A program made the position numbers and the translations under genes. From an uncultured bacterium (GTDB lineage Bacteria; Schekmanbacteria; GWA2-38-11; J061), in contig CAZJVM010000023.1 in the NCBI GenBank assembly GCA_964549305.1, forward strand, positions 1 through 25,947: a DNA stretch of 25,947 nucleotides, written 5' to 3'. The notes under the pieces are model-generated. The model did not search any database and had not been told where the DNA came from. It saw only the letters and a program-made list of their open reading frames with translations. Position 1 is the first letter of the stretch. The number at the start of each line of letters is the position of its first letter. Shown here one piece after another: positions 1-9,163 of this stretch.

Positions 1-59
1 TTGAACCAGCGACCCCTTGCACCCCATGCAAGTGCGCTACCAGGCTGCGCCACGCCCCG
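1..59 (-). tRNA. tRNA-Pro(GGG), 3' end truncated by the window edge
   Basis: Reverse complement of 59..1 reads CGGGGCGTGGCGCAGCCTGGTAGCGCA-CTTGC-ATGGGGT-GCAAG-GGGTCGCTGGTTCAA. This gives a D-arm GCGC/GCGC with the TGG loop, a 5-bp anticodon stem CTTGC/GCAAG, anticodon GGG, and the T-loop start GGTTCAA. Confidence 0.96.
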
Positions 60-77
60 ATTTAAAAATTTAATGCT

Positions 78-105
78 ATTGTACTTATTTTTCCCTTTTA
101 TTCAA
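78..105 (-). promoter_or_regulatory. Putative sigma70 promoter for tRNA-Pro
   Basis: Minus-strand TTGAAT (105..100), 16 nt, TACAAT (83..78), about 19 nt upstream of the tRNA 5' end. The -35 overlaps the MerR stop codon. Confidence 0.5.
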
Positions 106-433
106 GCTCTCTTAGTATATTCTTCAAACCTTCCTTAACATTAAGAAGCACTTCCTTTGTATCTTTTGCCGGCTTTCTTCCCCTGCCGAATTCTCTCGAT
201 ATTCTTTTTTGCGCTCCCGCTATGGTATATTTCTCCTCATGGAGAAGCTCTTTGATTCTTAAAATTATTTCAACATCTTTTTTCGTATAGACTCTCTGTC
301 CTGTTCTGTTTTTCCCCGGGGAAAGTTGTTTGAATTCACCTTCCCAAAAACGAAGCACATGAGCAGGCAAGTCTGCCAGTTCGCTTGTTTCACCGATTTT
401 AAAAAAAAGTTTATCGGGAATATTTTTTATCAT
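98..433 (-). CDS. MerR-family HTH transcriptional regulator (short type commonly found beside tRNA-Pro)
   Basis: 111 aa with '[30 protein letters not shown]...[30 protein letters not shown]', the typical MerR HTH of the ihfA-merR-tRNA-Pro locus. Confidence 0.9.
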   Translation of the reverse strand: MIKNIPDKLFFKIGETSELADLPAHVLRFWEGEFKQLSPGKNRTGQRVYTKKDVEIILRIKELLHEEKYTIAGAQKRISREFGRGRKPAKDTKEVLLNVKEGLKNILRELE

Positions 434-483
434 AATTCTATTTTATTTCCGGATGCATATGTCTGGCAAACAAAAAATATGTT

Positions 484-2574
484 TTATTCACTTTCCTCTT
501 TTTCTTTTTTGTGTTCTTCGATTATTTTTTCTGTCAGGTGAGCCGGAACCTCTTCATATCTTAAAAACTCCATTGCAAAGATTCCTCTTCCGCCGGAAAT
601 CGATTTCAGGCTTGGAGCGTATTCAAGTAGTTCAGACATTGGAACCTCTGCCTTAATGATTTGATTCTTTCCTTTGGGGGTCATCCCTTTCATCCGTCCC
701 CTTCGCCCGTTTATGTCTCCGATAATATCGCCCATACAGTCTTCCGGGACAGTCACATCCACATCCATGACCGGTTCCAGAAGTATTGGTTTACATATCA
801 TAAATGCTTTCTTGAAAGCCATTGAACCGGCAATTTTAAAAGCCATATCCGATGAATCCACATCATGATAGGAACCGTCATAAAGCGTAACTCTCAAATC
901 CACAACGGGACAACCAGCAAGTTCGCCTGTCTGCATTGTCTCTACTATTCCTTTCTCAACTGATGGAATGTAGTTTTTGGGGATTGATCCGCCTACAATC
1001 TTGTCGACGAACTGGAATCCATCTCCGCTTTTCAGCGGTTCCATTTCAATCCAGCAGTCTCCGTACTGTCCTCTTCCTCCTGACTGCCTCTTGTATTTTC
1101 CCTGAACTTTTGTTTTTCCTTTTATAGTTTCTCTGTAGGGAACTTTAGGCTTGCTCAAATCAACTTCTATATTGAATTTTCTTTTAAGCCTTTCAGTGGC
1201 CAATTCAACGTGCGCATTACCCATTCCCGAAAGCAGCATTTCCCTTGTCTCGGCATTTCTTTCCACTCTCAATGTGGGGTCTTCTTCACATAATCTTGCG
1301 AGGCAGTTCGATATTTTGTCTTCATCACCCTTATTTTTAGGGAAAATAGCGTAAGATATCATCGGTGAAGGGAATGTTATAAAATCAAAATTCATAGGAA
1401 TCTTTGCGTCACCGCATATGGTATCGCCTGTAGTCGTCTCTTTCAGTTTCGCAAAAGCGCCGATATCTCCGCAGGATACTGATTTTGTGGATATATGTTC
1501 CTTGCCCTGAAGAAAATAAATCTGACCGAATCTTTCTTCCTTCTTTTTGGTGGCATTGTAAAATGATGAATCCGATTCAAGACTGCCTGAATACACCCTG
1601 AAATATGAAAGTTTTCCGGAATAAGGGTCTGCTATTGTTTTAAAAACGAGTCCCGACAATCCGCCGTTTTCAGATATCTCAATTTCAACATCATTGCCCT
1701 CTTTGCCTTTTGCTTTTACGTTACCCTTGTCAGAAGGTGAAGGCAAATATCCGGCAATCAGATCAAGGACTTCGACAATACCGATATTTTTCCCCGCGGA
1801 ACCGCATAATACCGGCACTACCTCCCCTTCCTTCATTCCCCGTTTGAGAAGTGCTTTAAGGTCATCACCTGATACTTCTCCTCCATCGAGGTATTTTTCC
1901 ATTATCTCCTCATCCAACTCCACAAGTGCTTCAACCATTTTTTCCTTCAAGGATGAAGATTCCGATAACATGTCATCGGGAATATCCGTAACATCGAATT
2001 TTCCACTCTCGTCAGTTTTGTAAATATGTGCTTTGCCTTCAAGAAGATTGACTATTCCTTTAAAATCATCTTCTTTCCCGACAGGCATCTGAAGGGGAAC
2101 GAAGGATACCTGAAAAATATCGCCCAGTTCGGAGAGTACGGCATTGAAATCAGCTCTTTCCTTATCCATCATATTTATAAAAACCGCTCTCGGAATGGAT
2201 AGTTCGTCGCAGAAACCCCACGTGCGCTCTGACTGGACTTTTATTCCGCCATGGGCATCTATAATGAGGATAGCAGAGTCCGTAATCCTAAGAGAGCTTT
2301 TAATATCACCTATGAAATTTGCATCGCCCGGAGTGTCGATTATATTGATTTTATTTTTCTTCCATTCCATAAAACCAAGCGCCGCGTTTATTGAGCCTCC
2401 TTTTTTTACTTCATCCGGGTCGAAATCGAATTTTGAAGTTCCGTTTTCCGTTTTTCCTAACCTGTCTGAAGCTCCTGAGCAAAAAAGCAGTGCGTCTGAA
2501 AATGTAGTTTTCCCGTCACCGCCGTGTCCGATAATACAAACGTTTTTTAAATTTGATGAGTTGTATTGAGCCAT
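484..2574 (-). CDS. fusA: Elongation factor G paralog (EF-G II / FusA-like)
   Basis: About 696 aa with EF-G architecture: GHGGDGKTT, DTPG, EEDPTL, SGMG, PKVPYRETI, KRQSGGRGQYG, DGSYHDVDSSDMAF, PILLEP. GTPase motifs are divergent and the gene is outside the rpsL-rpsG-tuf operon, so it is a paralog. The ATG at 2574 is preferred over GTG 2586 because GGAG (2584..2581) lies 6 nt upstream. Confidence 0.92.
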   Translation of the reverse strand: MAQYNSSNLKNVCIIGHGGDGKTTFSDALLFCSGASDRLGKTENGTSKFDFDPDEVKKGGSINAALGFMEWKKNKINIIDTPGDANFIGDIKSSLRITDSAILIIDAHGGIKVQSERTWGFCDELSIPRAVFINMMDKERADFNAVLSELGDIFQVSFVPLQMPVGKEDDFKGIVNLLEGKAHIYKTDESGKFDVTDIPDDMLSESSSLKEKMVEALVELDEEIMEKYLDGGEVSGDDLKALLKRGMKEGEVVPVLCGSAGKNIGIVEVLDLIAGYLPSPSDKGNVKAKGKEGNDVEIEISENGGLSGLVFKTIADPYSGKLSYFRVYSGSLESDSSFYNATKKKEERFGQIYFLQGKEHISTKSVSCGDIGAFAKLKETTTGDTICGDAKIPMNFDFITFPSPMISYAIFPKNKGDEDKISNCLARLCEEDPTLRVERNAETREMLLSGMGNAHVELATERLKRKFNIEVDLSKPKVPYRETIKGKTKVQGKYKRQSGGRGQYGDCWIEMEPLKSGDGFQFVDKIVGGSIPKNYIPSVEKGIVETMQTGELAGCPVVDLRVTLYDGSYHDVDSSDMAFKIAGSMAFKKAFMICKPILLEPVMDVDVTVPEDCMGDIIGDINGRRGRMKGMTPKGKNQIIKAEVPMSELLEYAPSLKSISGGRGIFAMEFLRYEEVPAHLTEKIIEEHKKEKEESE

Positions 2575-2645
2575 TAACATCTCCACTAATACGGGTTATT
2601 TTAAAGAAAGGGACCAACTTCATTAATGCAAACATCAATGACTAA

Positions 2646-2670
2646 TGACACAAGCTAAATAATGTGTCAA
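2646..2670. promoter_or_regulatory. Inverted repeat TGACACA-N10-TGTGTCA overlapping a minus-strand TTGACA, upstream of the EF-G paralog
   Basis: TGACACA at 2646-2652 and TGTGTCA at 2663-2669 are seen directly. The minus-strand TTGACA is at 2670..2665. The matching -10 is weak. Confidence 0.4.
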
Positions 2671-2771
2671 GATTTTTTGATGTAGCTAATTTGATTTTTG
2701 AGTTTTATTTAACCGATTACCAAAAAGCTCTTATAATCAATATGTTTTACGAGGAAAGTTTAAAAAATGGA

Positions 2772-4625
2772 TTAATCATTAAAAGAAGGTCTTTGAATCA
2801 CTTTGACCACTTCTTCGGCAATTTTGATATTCACCCCTCCTCTTCGGGAGATTTCTCCGGCAGACACCTCTTTCATTGCTTTAATGCTTCCGAATTCTTT
2901 CAAAAGGCGTATTTTTCTCTTCTTCCCTATTCCTTTCACGGAATCGAGAACAGATATTTTAAACTTATTCTTTCTCAACTTTCTGTGATATTGAATTACA
3001 AAACGATGCACTTCGTCGCGGATTGACTGAAGAAGTAAAAGCACGGCAGAACTCTTTTCCAGTCTTAAGGAATTATTCCTGTCGGGAAGCACTATTTCTT
3101 CGGGGGAATATCCCGCGGCAGGTTCGATGTTTTTATTTCTTGAATATTTTCGGCCTTTCATTATTCCTATTACGGAAATATTACTGCACTCCGGGTAGCG
3201 TTTGAGGGCATCGACAGCGTGATTTACCTGCCCTTTGCCTCCGTCAATCAGGAGAAGTGAAGGCAGTTGCCTTTTATCCTTTATTATTCTCGCGAGATGC
3301 CTCGTTACAACCTCTTCTATCATTAAAAAATCATCGATACCTTCTTTCCATTTTATGGCATATTTTCTGTAATCATTTTTTCTCAACTCCCCTTCCCTCC
3401 AGCGAATAACCGCGCCTACGCTTTGTTTGCCAGACAAATTCGATATATCAACGGCATCTATGCAGTCCGGAAGCAATTTTAAGGCGAATTTCTTCTGCAT
3501 TCTGCCAAGTATTTTATTCCACGACTCAATTCTTTTAATATGATTTTCCAGAACATAATCCGCATTTATAGATGCCATCTTAAGCAAAGAAAGTTTTCTT
3601 CCTCTTTTTGGAGTATGAAAAATAACTTTTTTTTTCTTTGCCGAAGACAACCATTCCGATATATTGCGCGCGTCGCATAATTCCTCTTCTGTTAAAATCT
3701 CAAAGGGAATATTGGACGGTCCCGTATAATACTGTTTAATAAATGATTCGATAGATTCTGAAGGAGTCGCTTCCATAGTGCTTTTAATAATATAATGCTT
3801 CTGATTGATTATTTTGCCGTCACGCACTGTGAGCACAAGGAAAATATTTTCGCTGTCGTATGAGCGTAAAACAATGCAGTCCTTGTCTCTTTCAGTATTT
3901 ATAGACGCGCTTTGTATCTGGGAAAGAGTCTTTATTGATTCTATTCCGTCACGATAAAATGCCGCCTTTTCATAAAGCATCAACGAGGAAGATTCAGACA
4001 TTTTTTTCTTCATTGTTTTTAGAAGCTCATTAATCCTGCCCTCGAGAAATAACCGGAGATTTTCTACGGATTCCGCGTATTCTCTTTCATCTGTGATTCC
4101 CGCACATGGGGCAGAGCACATTTCCATCTGATAGTTAAGACATGGTTTCATATTGGCAGTGAACTTTTGCTTGCAGGTGCATACGGCAAAGACTTTCATT
4201 ACCACTTTAATCACATCCTTTACCGTTGATACGGATGTATATGGTCCGTAATATGATGCGCCGTCATCTTTTATCTTTCTTGTTACCGACAATCTCGGAT
4301 ATTTTTCCCTTTCGGATATTTTTAAATATGGATACTGCTTGTCGTCGCGCAGACGTATATTGAATCTAGGTTTGAATTGCTTGATAAGGTTGTTTTCAAG
4401 AATCAATGCTTCAACTTCATTGCTCGTTACGATACATTCGATATCCTTAGCTTCTTTTAAAAGCAGAGGCAACCGCGGATTGGAATTGTTGCCTGCTGTA
4501 AAATAGCTTGCCACTCTTTTTCTTAGGGATTTCGCTTTTCCCACATAAAGCACATTCCCTTTGCTGTTTTTAAATTTATAAATGCCGGGCCTGTATGGAA
4601 TGTTTCTGATATCAGGTTTTTTCAT
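2772..4625 (-). CDS. uvrC: Excinuclease ABC subunit C
   Basis: 617 aa: GIY-YIG (PGIYKF...LYVGKAKSLRKRV), EALILENNLIKQFKPRFN, DDKQYPY, Cys cluster (CTC...PCLNYQMEMCSAPC), UVR segment (YEKAAFYRD), RNase H-like DISN / LIDGGKGQ / RDEVHRF, and C-terminal HhH (VKGIGKKR). Confidence 0.97.
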   Translation of the reverse strand: MKKPDIRNIPYRPGIYKFKNSKGNVLYVGKAKSLRKRVASYFTAGNNSNPRLPLLLKEAKDIECIVTSNEVEALILENNLIKQFKPRFNIRLRDDKQYPYLKISEREKYPRLSVTRKIKDDGASYYGPYTSVSTVKDVIKVVMKVFAVCTCKQKFTANMKPCLNYQMEMCSAPCAGITDEREYAESVENLRLFLEGRINELLKTMKKKMSESSSLMLYEKAAFYRDGIESIKTLSQIQSASINTERDKDCIVLRSYDSENIFLVLTVRDGKIINQKHYIIKSTMEATPSESIESFIKQYYTGPSNIPFEILTEEELCDARNISEWLSSAKKKKVIFHTPKRGRKLSLLKMASINADYVLENHIKRIESWNKILGRMQKKFALKLLPDCIDAVDISNLSGKQSVGAVIRWREGELRKNDYRKYAIKWKEGIDDFLMIEEVVTRHLARIIKDKRQLPSLLLIDGGKGQVNHAVDALKRYPECSNISVIGIMKGRKYSRNKNIEPAAGYSPEEIVLPDRNNSLRLEKSSAVLLLLQSIRDEVHRFVIQYHRKLRKNKFKISVLDSVKGIGKKRKIRLLKEFGSIKAMKEVSAGEISRRGGVNIKIAEEVVKVIQRPSFND

Positions 4626-4687
4626 CGAAGCTTATTAGGAGGTAACATCGGCTGAATAAAGAATTGCCGGGAGGACAGTATCCGCTG

Positions 4688-5167
4688 CTACATCTTGTAT
4701 TTGCCGAAATCTTCCGGTTTGAGCTTTTCAAGCAATTCTTTCCACTTATCTTCACTGTCGATATTTTCAATATTAATCGAATTTGCCTCCTCGAGGACAA
4801 ATTCCTCTACGAATATGGGAGACTCAGTTCTTAACGCGAGAGCAATTGCATCACTTGGTCTTGAATCTATTTTTAAAATAGTGCCGTCTTTTTGAAGTTC
4901 GATAACAGCGTAAAAAGTATTGTTCTTTAAATCATTTATGACAATTTGTTTAACGTTAAAACTTGTTTCCTTAAGAACGTTTCTCAGAAGGTCGTGAGTC
5001 ATAGGTCGGGGAGGAGCGGTTTTTTCCAATTCAAGGGCAATTGCAGTTGCTTCGAAATATCCTACCCATATGGGAAGCATAACTTTCATATTCGTATCCT
5101 TTAATATGACTATTGGAGACTTGGATACGGGATCAAGCATTAAATTGCTGACTTTCATCTCTTTCAT
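4688..5167 (-). CDS. Bifunctional nuclease family protein (DUF151)
   Basis: 159 aa with LPIWVGYFEATAI, RPMTHDLL, TFYAVI and IDSRPSDAIALALR, characteristic of DUF151/BFN. Confidence 0.93.
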   Translation of the reverse strand: MKEMKVSNLMLDPVSKSPIVILKDTNMKVMLPIWVGYFEATAIALELEKTAPPRPMTHDLLRNVLKETSFNVKQIVINDLKNNTFYAVIELQKDGTILKIDSRPSDAIALALRTESPIFVEEFVLEEANSINIENIDSEDKWKELLEKLKPEDFGKYKM

Positions 5168-5224
5168 TACTTAAATCCTTGCTAAAATTGGTTGATATAA
5201 TATCGTCAATACCATTAAAAATAT

Positions 5225-5252
5225 ATAATATAATATTATAAATGCAAGTCAA
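5225..5252 (-). promoter_or_regulatory. Putative sigma70 promoter for DUF151-uvrC
   Basis: Minus-strand TTGACT (5252..5247), 16 nt, TATTAT (5230..5225), in a very AT-rich spacer. The -35 overlaps the upstream gene's TGA. Confidence 0.4.
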
Positions 5253-6541
5253 CTTGCTTTGTCTTCTTCCCCGGTGTCTTCTTCTTTTTCCACTCTCATT
5301 TTAATAATTTTCTTTGAACTGGCTTCGAGAATAGTTACGTTCAAATTTTTGTATTGAACGGAATCACCGGTTTTCGGAATTTTTCCCATTAAATCCGCGA
5401 TAAACCCTCCGAATGTATCATAGTCGTTTTCCGGAAGGTCTATTTTCAGTATTGTTTCGATTTCATCAATGGGAATTTTAGCATTAACTGTGTATATTCC
5501 CTTATGTCTCGTTGTTATAAGTTCATCTTCATCTTCATCGTATTCGTCTCTTATTTCTCCCACGATTTCTTCAAGTATATCCTCTATGGTTACAAGTCCC
5601 GATACACCACCGTGCTCATCGACAACGATTGCCATATGAATATGGGTTTTCTGAAATTCCTGAAGCAATTCATCGATTCGTTTTGTTTCGGGAACAAAAT
5701 ATGGTTTTCGTATAATTTTAAGAATCTCTATCTTTCCGTTTTTGTTTCCAAATGCACTGATAAGATCTTTTGAATGGAGGACTCCAAGCACATCGTCTAT
5801 TTTTTTTCTATAAACCGGTATTCTCGAAAGTCGCGAATCGATTGCCGTAGAAATTATTTCTTCGTCAGTTGCGTCCGCGGATATCCGCACCATTTCCGTT
5901 CGGGGAACCATTATATTTCGCACAATCTTGTCCCCGAGATCCAATACCTTCTCGAGCATTTCTTTTTTTGAAAGCTCGATATTGCCCTCTGTTTCACTCA
6001 CGTTAATCATATATTCGAGATCTTCTTCAGTTACATTCTCTCCCCGGGGAGTCATATTCCAGCCAAGCTTTCCCGTTACCGTGTTTAGAAAATAAAGAAG
6101 TACCTTTATAAAGGGATATAATGTCCATATAAAGAAACGGAGAATAGTAATAGAAATTACGGCAAGTTTTTCCGCATTGTGCTTTGCCCATATTTTCGGC
6201 ATCTGTTCGCAGAAAATCAACACTACCAGACTCAGAACGACAAATGATATGCCTTCGCCCAGATTGCCGAATATTTTTACTGCGAGAAGAGCAGTTAAAA
6301 AAGAGGCAAGAAGGTTCCCTATGGTATTGCCTAAGAGTATTGCAGTTAAAACAAGATTAGGGTCATTTTTCCATAAAAGAAGATTGTTTGTCCATCTCTT
6401 GCGGGAATCTATAATCTGCTGGGTTTTTACGAGATTCAACGATGTTAACGCGGTCTCAGAAGATGAGAAAAAAACGGAACATAAAAGACAAATAAAAATA
6501 CCTGCAAATTCAACTATTATAAGTGATAAGTCCTCTTCCAC
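5249..6541 (-). CDS. Hemolysin-family / CNNM (DUF21) + CBS pair + CorC_HlyC protein; probable Mg2+/Co2+ transporter (CorB-like)
   Basis: 430 aa: hydrophobic N-terminus with FFSSSETALTSL, ILLGN, E-x-x-PK; MVPRTEM, SRIPVY, FVPETK, HMAIVVDEHGGVSGLVTIEDILEEIVGEIRDEYD, YDTFGG. GTG start with an in-frame TAG directly upstream and AGGAGG 13 nt upstream. Confidence 0.93.
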   Translation of the reverse strand: MEEDLSLIIVEFAGIFICLLCSVFFSSSETALTSLNLVKTQQIIDSRKRWTNNLLLWKNDPNLVLTAILLGNTIGNLLASFLTALLAVKIFGNLGEGISFVVLSLVVLIFCEQMPKIWAKHNAEKLAVISITILRFFIWTLYPFIKVLLYFLNTVTGKLGWNMTPRGENVTEEDLEYMINVSETEGNIELSKKEMLEKVLDLGDKIVRNIMVPRTEMVRISADATDEEIISTAIDSRLSRIPVYRKKIDDVLGVLHSKDLISAFGNKNGKIEILKIIRKPYFVPETKRIDELLQEFQKTHIHMAIVVDEHGGVSGLVTIEDILEEIVGEIRDEYDEDEDELITTRHKGIYTVNAKIPIDEIETILKIDLPENDYDTFGGFIADLMGKIPKTGDSVQYKNLNVTILEASSKKIIKMRVEKEEDTGEEDKAS

Positions 6542-6596
6542 CTATTTATCAAAACCTCCTAAATCAATTTTTTCGTTAGCTCTGTTGTTTAGTTAA

Positions 6597-6625
6597 AATT
6601 TAAGTTATAATAACGGTCGAGTCAA
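6597..6625 (-). promoter_or_regulatory. Putative sigma70 promoter for the CNNM/CBS gene
   Basis: Minus-strand TTGACT (6625..6620), 17 nt, TAAATT (6602..6597), upstream of AGGAGG at 6560..6555. Confidence 0.5.
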
Positions 6626-6684
6626 GGTAATTCGTTTACTGCGCTATTTCATATTAAATGTGTTCGGCTTTTAAATAAAGAAAA

Positions 6685-7179
6685 ATGAAAAAAATTGGAA
6701 TAATATCAGACAGTCATACAAGTGATGGAAATATTTCAAAACTGGATAAAGCCCTGAAAATGATTTCCGCTGATTATGACTCAATCGTACATTGCGGTGA
6801 TTTCACTTCATCGGCAACCGTTTCGTATATTGAAACAACGCTTGGGATTCCCTTGATAGGAGTTGCGGGAAATATGGACGGTATGGATATTAAAAGCGTT
6901 TTTCCGCATAAACGGAGTTTTCGTGTTGAAAAAATTAAAATAGGAATTATTCACGGATGGGGTACTCCCTATGATTTGATAGAAAGAGTCGATAAAGAAT
7001 TCGACGACGAGGATATTGTCATATTCGGTCACACTCATATTCCCTGCGATGAAGACTTTAACGGTCGCAGATTCCTCAATCCGGGTTCCGTGACGCAGTC
7101 AAGAAACGGATTGGGCGAAAGCATTGGGATTCTTGAAATTAACGGAAAAAAAGCCGATTTCAGAATTCAATATCTTTAA
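6685..7179 (+). CDS. YfcE/MJ0936-family metallophosphoesterase (calcineurin-like)
   Basis: 164 aa with ISDSH, HCGDF, GNMD, IIHG, FGHTH and LNPGS motifs. Confidence 0.93.
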   Translation: MKKIGIISDSHTSDGNISKLDKALKMISADYDSIVHCGDFTSSATVSYIETTLGIPLIGVAGNMDGMDIKSVFPHKRSFRVEKIKIGIIHGWGTPYDLIERVDKEFDDEDIVIFGHTHIPCDEDFNGRRFLNPGSVTQSRNGLGESIGILEINGKKADFRIQYL

Positions 7180-7183
7180 TATT

Positions 7184-9163
7184 CTAAATGACTTTTTTCC
7201 GGATTAAATCGCGGTAATAGGCGGCAGTTTCAAAATCGAGCATTTCTGCGGCTTTCTTCATCAGTTCCTCCAGCTCAGGTATGCCTTTTTTTAAATCCTC
7301 AGTTTCCATGCTATCCTTTTCTTCGTCGCAGGAAACATTGTAGTAATCCTGTTCGCACATTTCGCGAACCGTTTTTGATATTTCTTTTTCCACGGACTTC
7401 GGCTCTATGGAATATTCTTTGTTGTAAGAATCCTGTATATGCCGCCTTCTTTTCATTTCGTCTATGGCTCTTTCCATAGACCCCGTTACATTGTCGGCAT
7501 ACATTATGACCTCTCCCTTTATATTTCTTGCCGCCCTGCCCGAAGTCTGAATTAGCGAGGTTTCCGATCTTAAAAAACCTTCTTTGTCCGCGTCAAGAAT
7601 AGCAACGAGGGATACTTCCGGAATATCAAGCCCTTCTCTCAGGAGATTTATGCCGATAAGGACATCGAATTTATCCATCCTCAGGTCACGGATAATTCTG
7701 ATTCTTTCAAGTGTGTCAATCTCGGAATGAAGGTATTTTACCCTGATACCAGTTTCGCGGTAATATTCGGTAAGGTCTTCAGACATTTTTTTCGTGAGAG
7801 TGGTTACAAGGACTTTCTCTTTTGCAGATGTTTTTCTGCGGATTTCACCGAGAAGGTCGTCAACCTGAGTTTCAGCGGGTCTGATCGTAACAACCGGGTC
7901 AATGAGTCCCGTCGGGCGTACAATCTGTTCAACTATTTGCTCGCCTGATTTTTTCAGTTCATAGGAACCCGGCGTTGCGGAAACAAAAATGACGTTCTTG
8001 ATTCTTTCTTCAAACTCTTCGAACCTGAGCGGTCTGTTGTCCACTGCCGAAGGAAGTCTGAACCCGAAATCAACGAGAGATTGCTTTCGTGAATGGTCGC
8101 CCCGGTACATTCCGCCTATCTGAGGTACAGTCACGTGGCTTTCATCGATTACTATAAGGAAATCATCCCTGAAATATTCGAGCAGAGTGTTTGGAGGTTC
8201 GCCGGGTTTACGTCCGTCAAGGTGTCGCGAATAATTTTCTATTCCCTGGCAAAACCCTATTTCTTTTATCATTTCTATATCATAAAGGGTTCGCTGACGT
8301 ATCCTTTCAGCTTCGAGATTCTTTCCTCTTGCCAAAAACCAATCAACCCTTTCTTCAAGCTCTTCCTTTATGGACTCGATGGCACATTTCAGTTTGTCCG
8401 GGAAAGTTACATAATGGCTGTTTGGATGAATGGTTACAAAATCGGTAATTCTTTTTTTCTTGCCCGTTAGAGGGTCAAAAAGAGATATGCGCTCGATCTC
8501 GTCTCCGAATAATTCAATTCTCACACCTTCTTCTTCGTAGGCAGGGAATATATCTATGACGTCTCCTCTGACGCGAAAAGTACCGCGCCTAAAATCTATG
8601 TCATTGCGCGAATACTGTATGCTTACCAGTTTTGACGTTATTGCCTCTCTGCTGAGCATTTTTCCCGTGGAAGCGGAGAAGTGCATCGCATCGTATGTTT
8701 CCGGCGACCCTAATCCGTATATGCAGGATACGCTTGCAACTACTACAACATCTTTTCTTTCGAGGATTGCCCTGGTTGCCCTGTGTCTCATCCTCTCAAT
8801 ATCTTCGTTAATGGAAGTCTCTTTTTCGATATATGTATCCGTTTGCGCAATATATGCTTCAGGCTGATAATAGTCATAATAACTCACGAAATACTCGATG
8901 GCATTATTTGGAAAGAATGTTTTGAATTCAGTATAAAGCTGCGCGGCGAGAGTTTTATTGTGGGCGATTACAAGAGTGGGTTTCTGTACTTCTTCTATTA
9001 CCTTTGCAACCGTATATGTTTTTCCCGAGCCCGTTACTCCAAGAAGTACCTGAAACCTTTCCCCCGCTGTAACTTTATCCGATAATTTTTCTATTGCCTT
9101 TGGCTGGTCGCCTGTAGGGAAGAAATCGGAAAAAACGGAAAATTTTTTTTCAGGAACTTTCAC
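7184..9163 (-). CDS. uvrB: Excinuclease ABC subunit B
   Basis: 659 aa: [67 protein letters not shown] and C-terminal UVR domain ([11 protein letters not shown]). The GTG start overlaps the upstream stop by 14 nt. Confidence 0.98.
   Translation of the reverse strand: MKVPEKKFSVFSDFFPTGDQPKAIEKLSDKVTAGERFQVLLGVTGSGKTYTVAKVIEEVQKPTLVIAHNKTLAAQLYTEFKTFFPNNAIEYFVSYYDYYQPEAYIAQTDTYIEKETSINEDIERMRHRATRAILERKDVVVVASVSCIYGLGSPETYDAMHFSASTGKMLSREAITSKLVSIQYSRNDIDFRRGTFRVRGDVIDIFPAYEEEGVRIELFGDEIERISLFDPLTGKKKRITDFVTIHPNSHYVTFPDKLKCAIESIKEELEERVDWFLARGKNLEAERIRQRTLYDIEMIKEIGFCQGIENYSRHLDGRKPGEPPNTLLEYFRDDFLIVIDESHVTVPQIGGMYRGDHSRKQSLVDFGFRLPSAVDNRPLRFEEFEERIKNVIFVSATPGSYELKKSGEQIVEQIVRPTGLIDPVVTIRPAETQVDDLLGEIRRKTSAKEKVLVTTLTKKMSEDLTEYYRETGIRVKYLHSEIDTLERIRIIRDLRMDKFDVLIGINLLREGLDIPEVSLVAILDADKEGFLRSETSLIQTSGRAARNIKGEVIMYADNVTGSMERAIDEMKRRRHIQDSYNKEYSIEPKSVEKEISKTVREMCEQDYYNVSCDEEKDSMETEDLKKGIPELEELMKKAAEMLDFETAAYYRDLIRKKVI

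Noticed and set aside
1..59. tRNA-Pro as a possible integration site
   Set aside because: Its 3' end and downstream DNA are outside the window, and no integrase or duplicated tRNA fragment is visible here.
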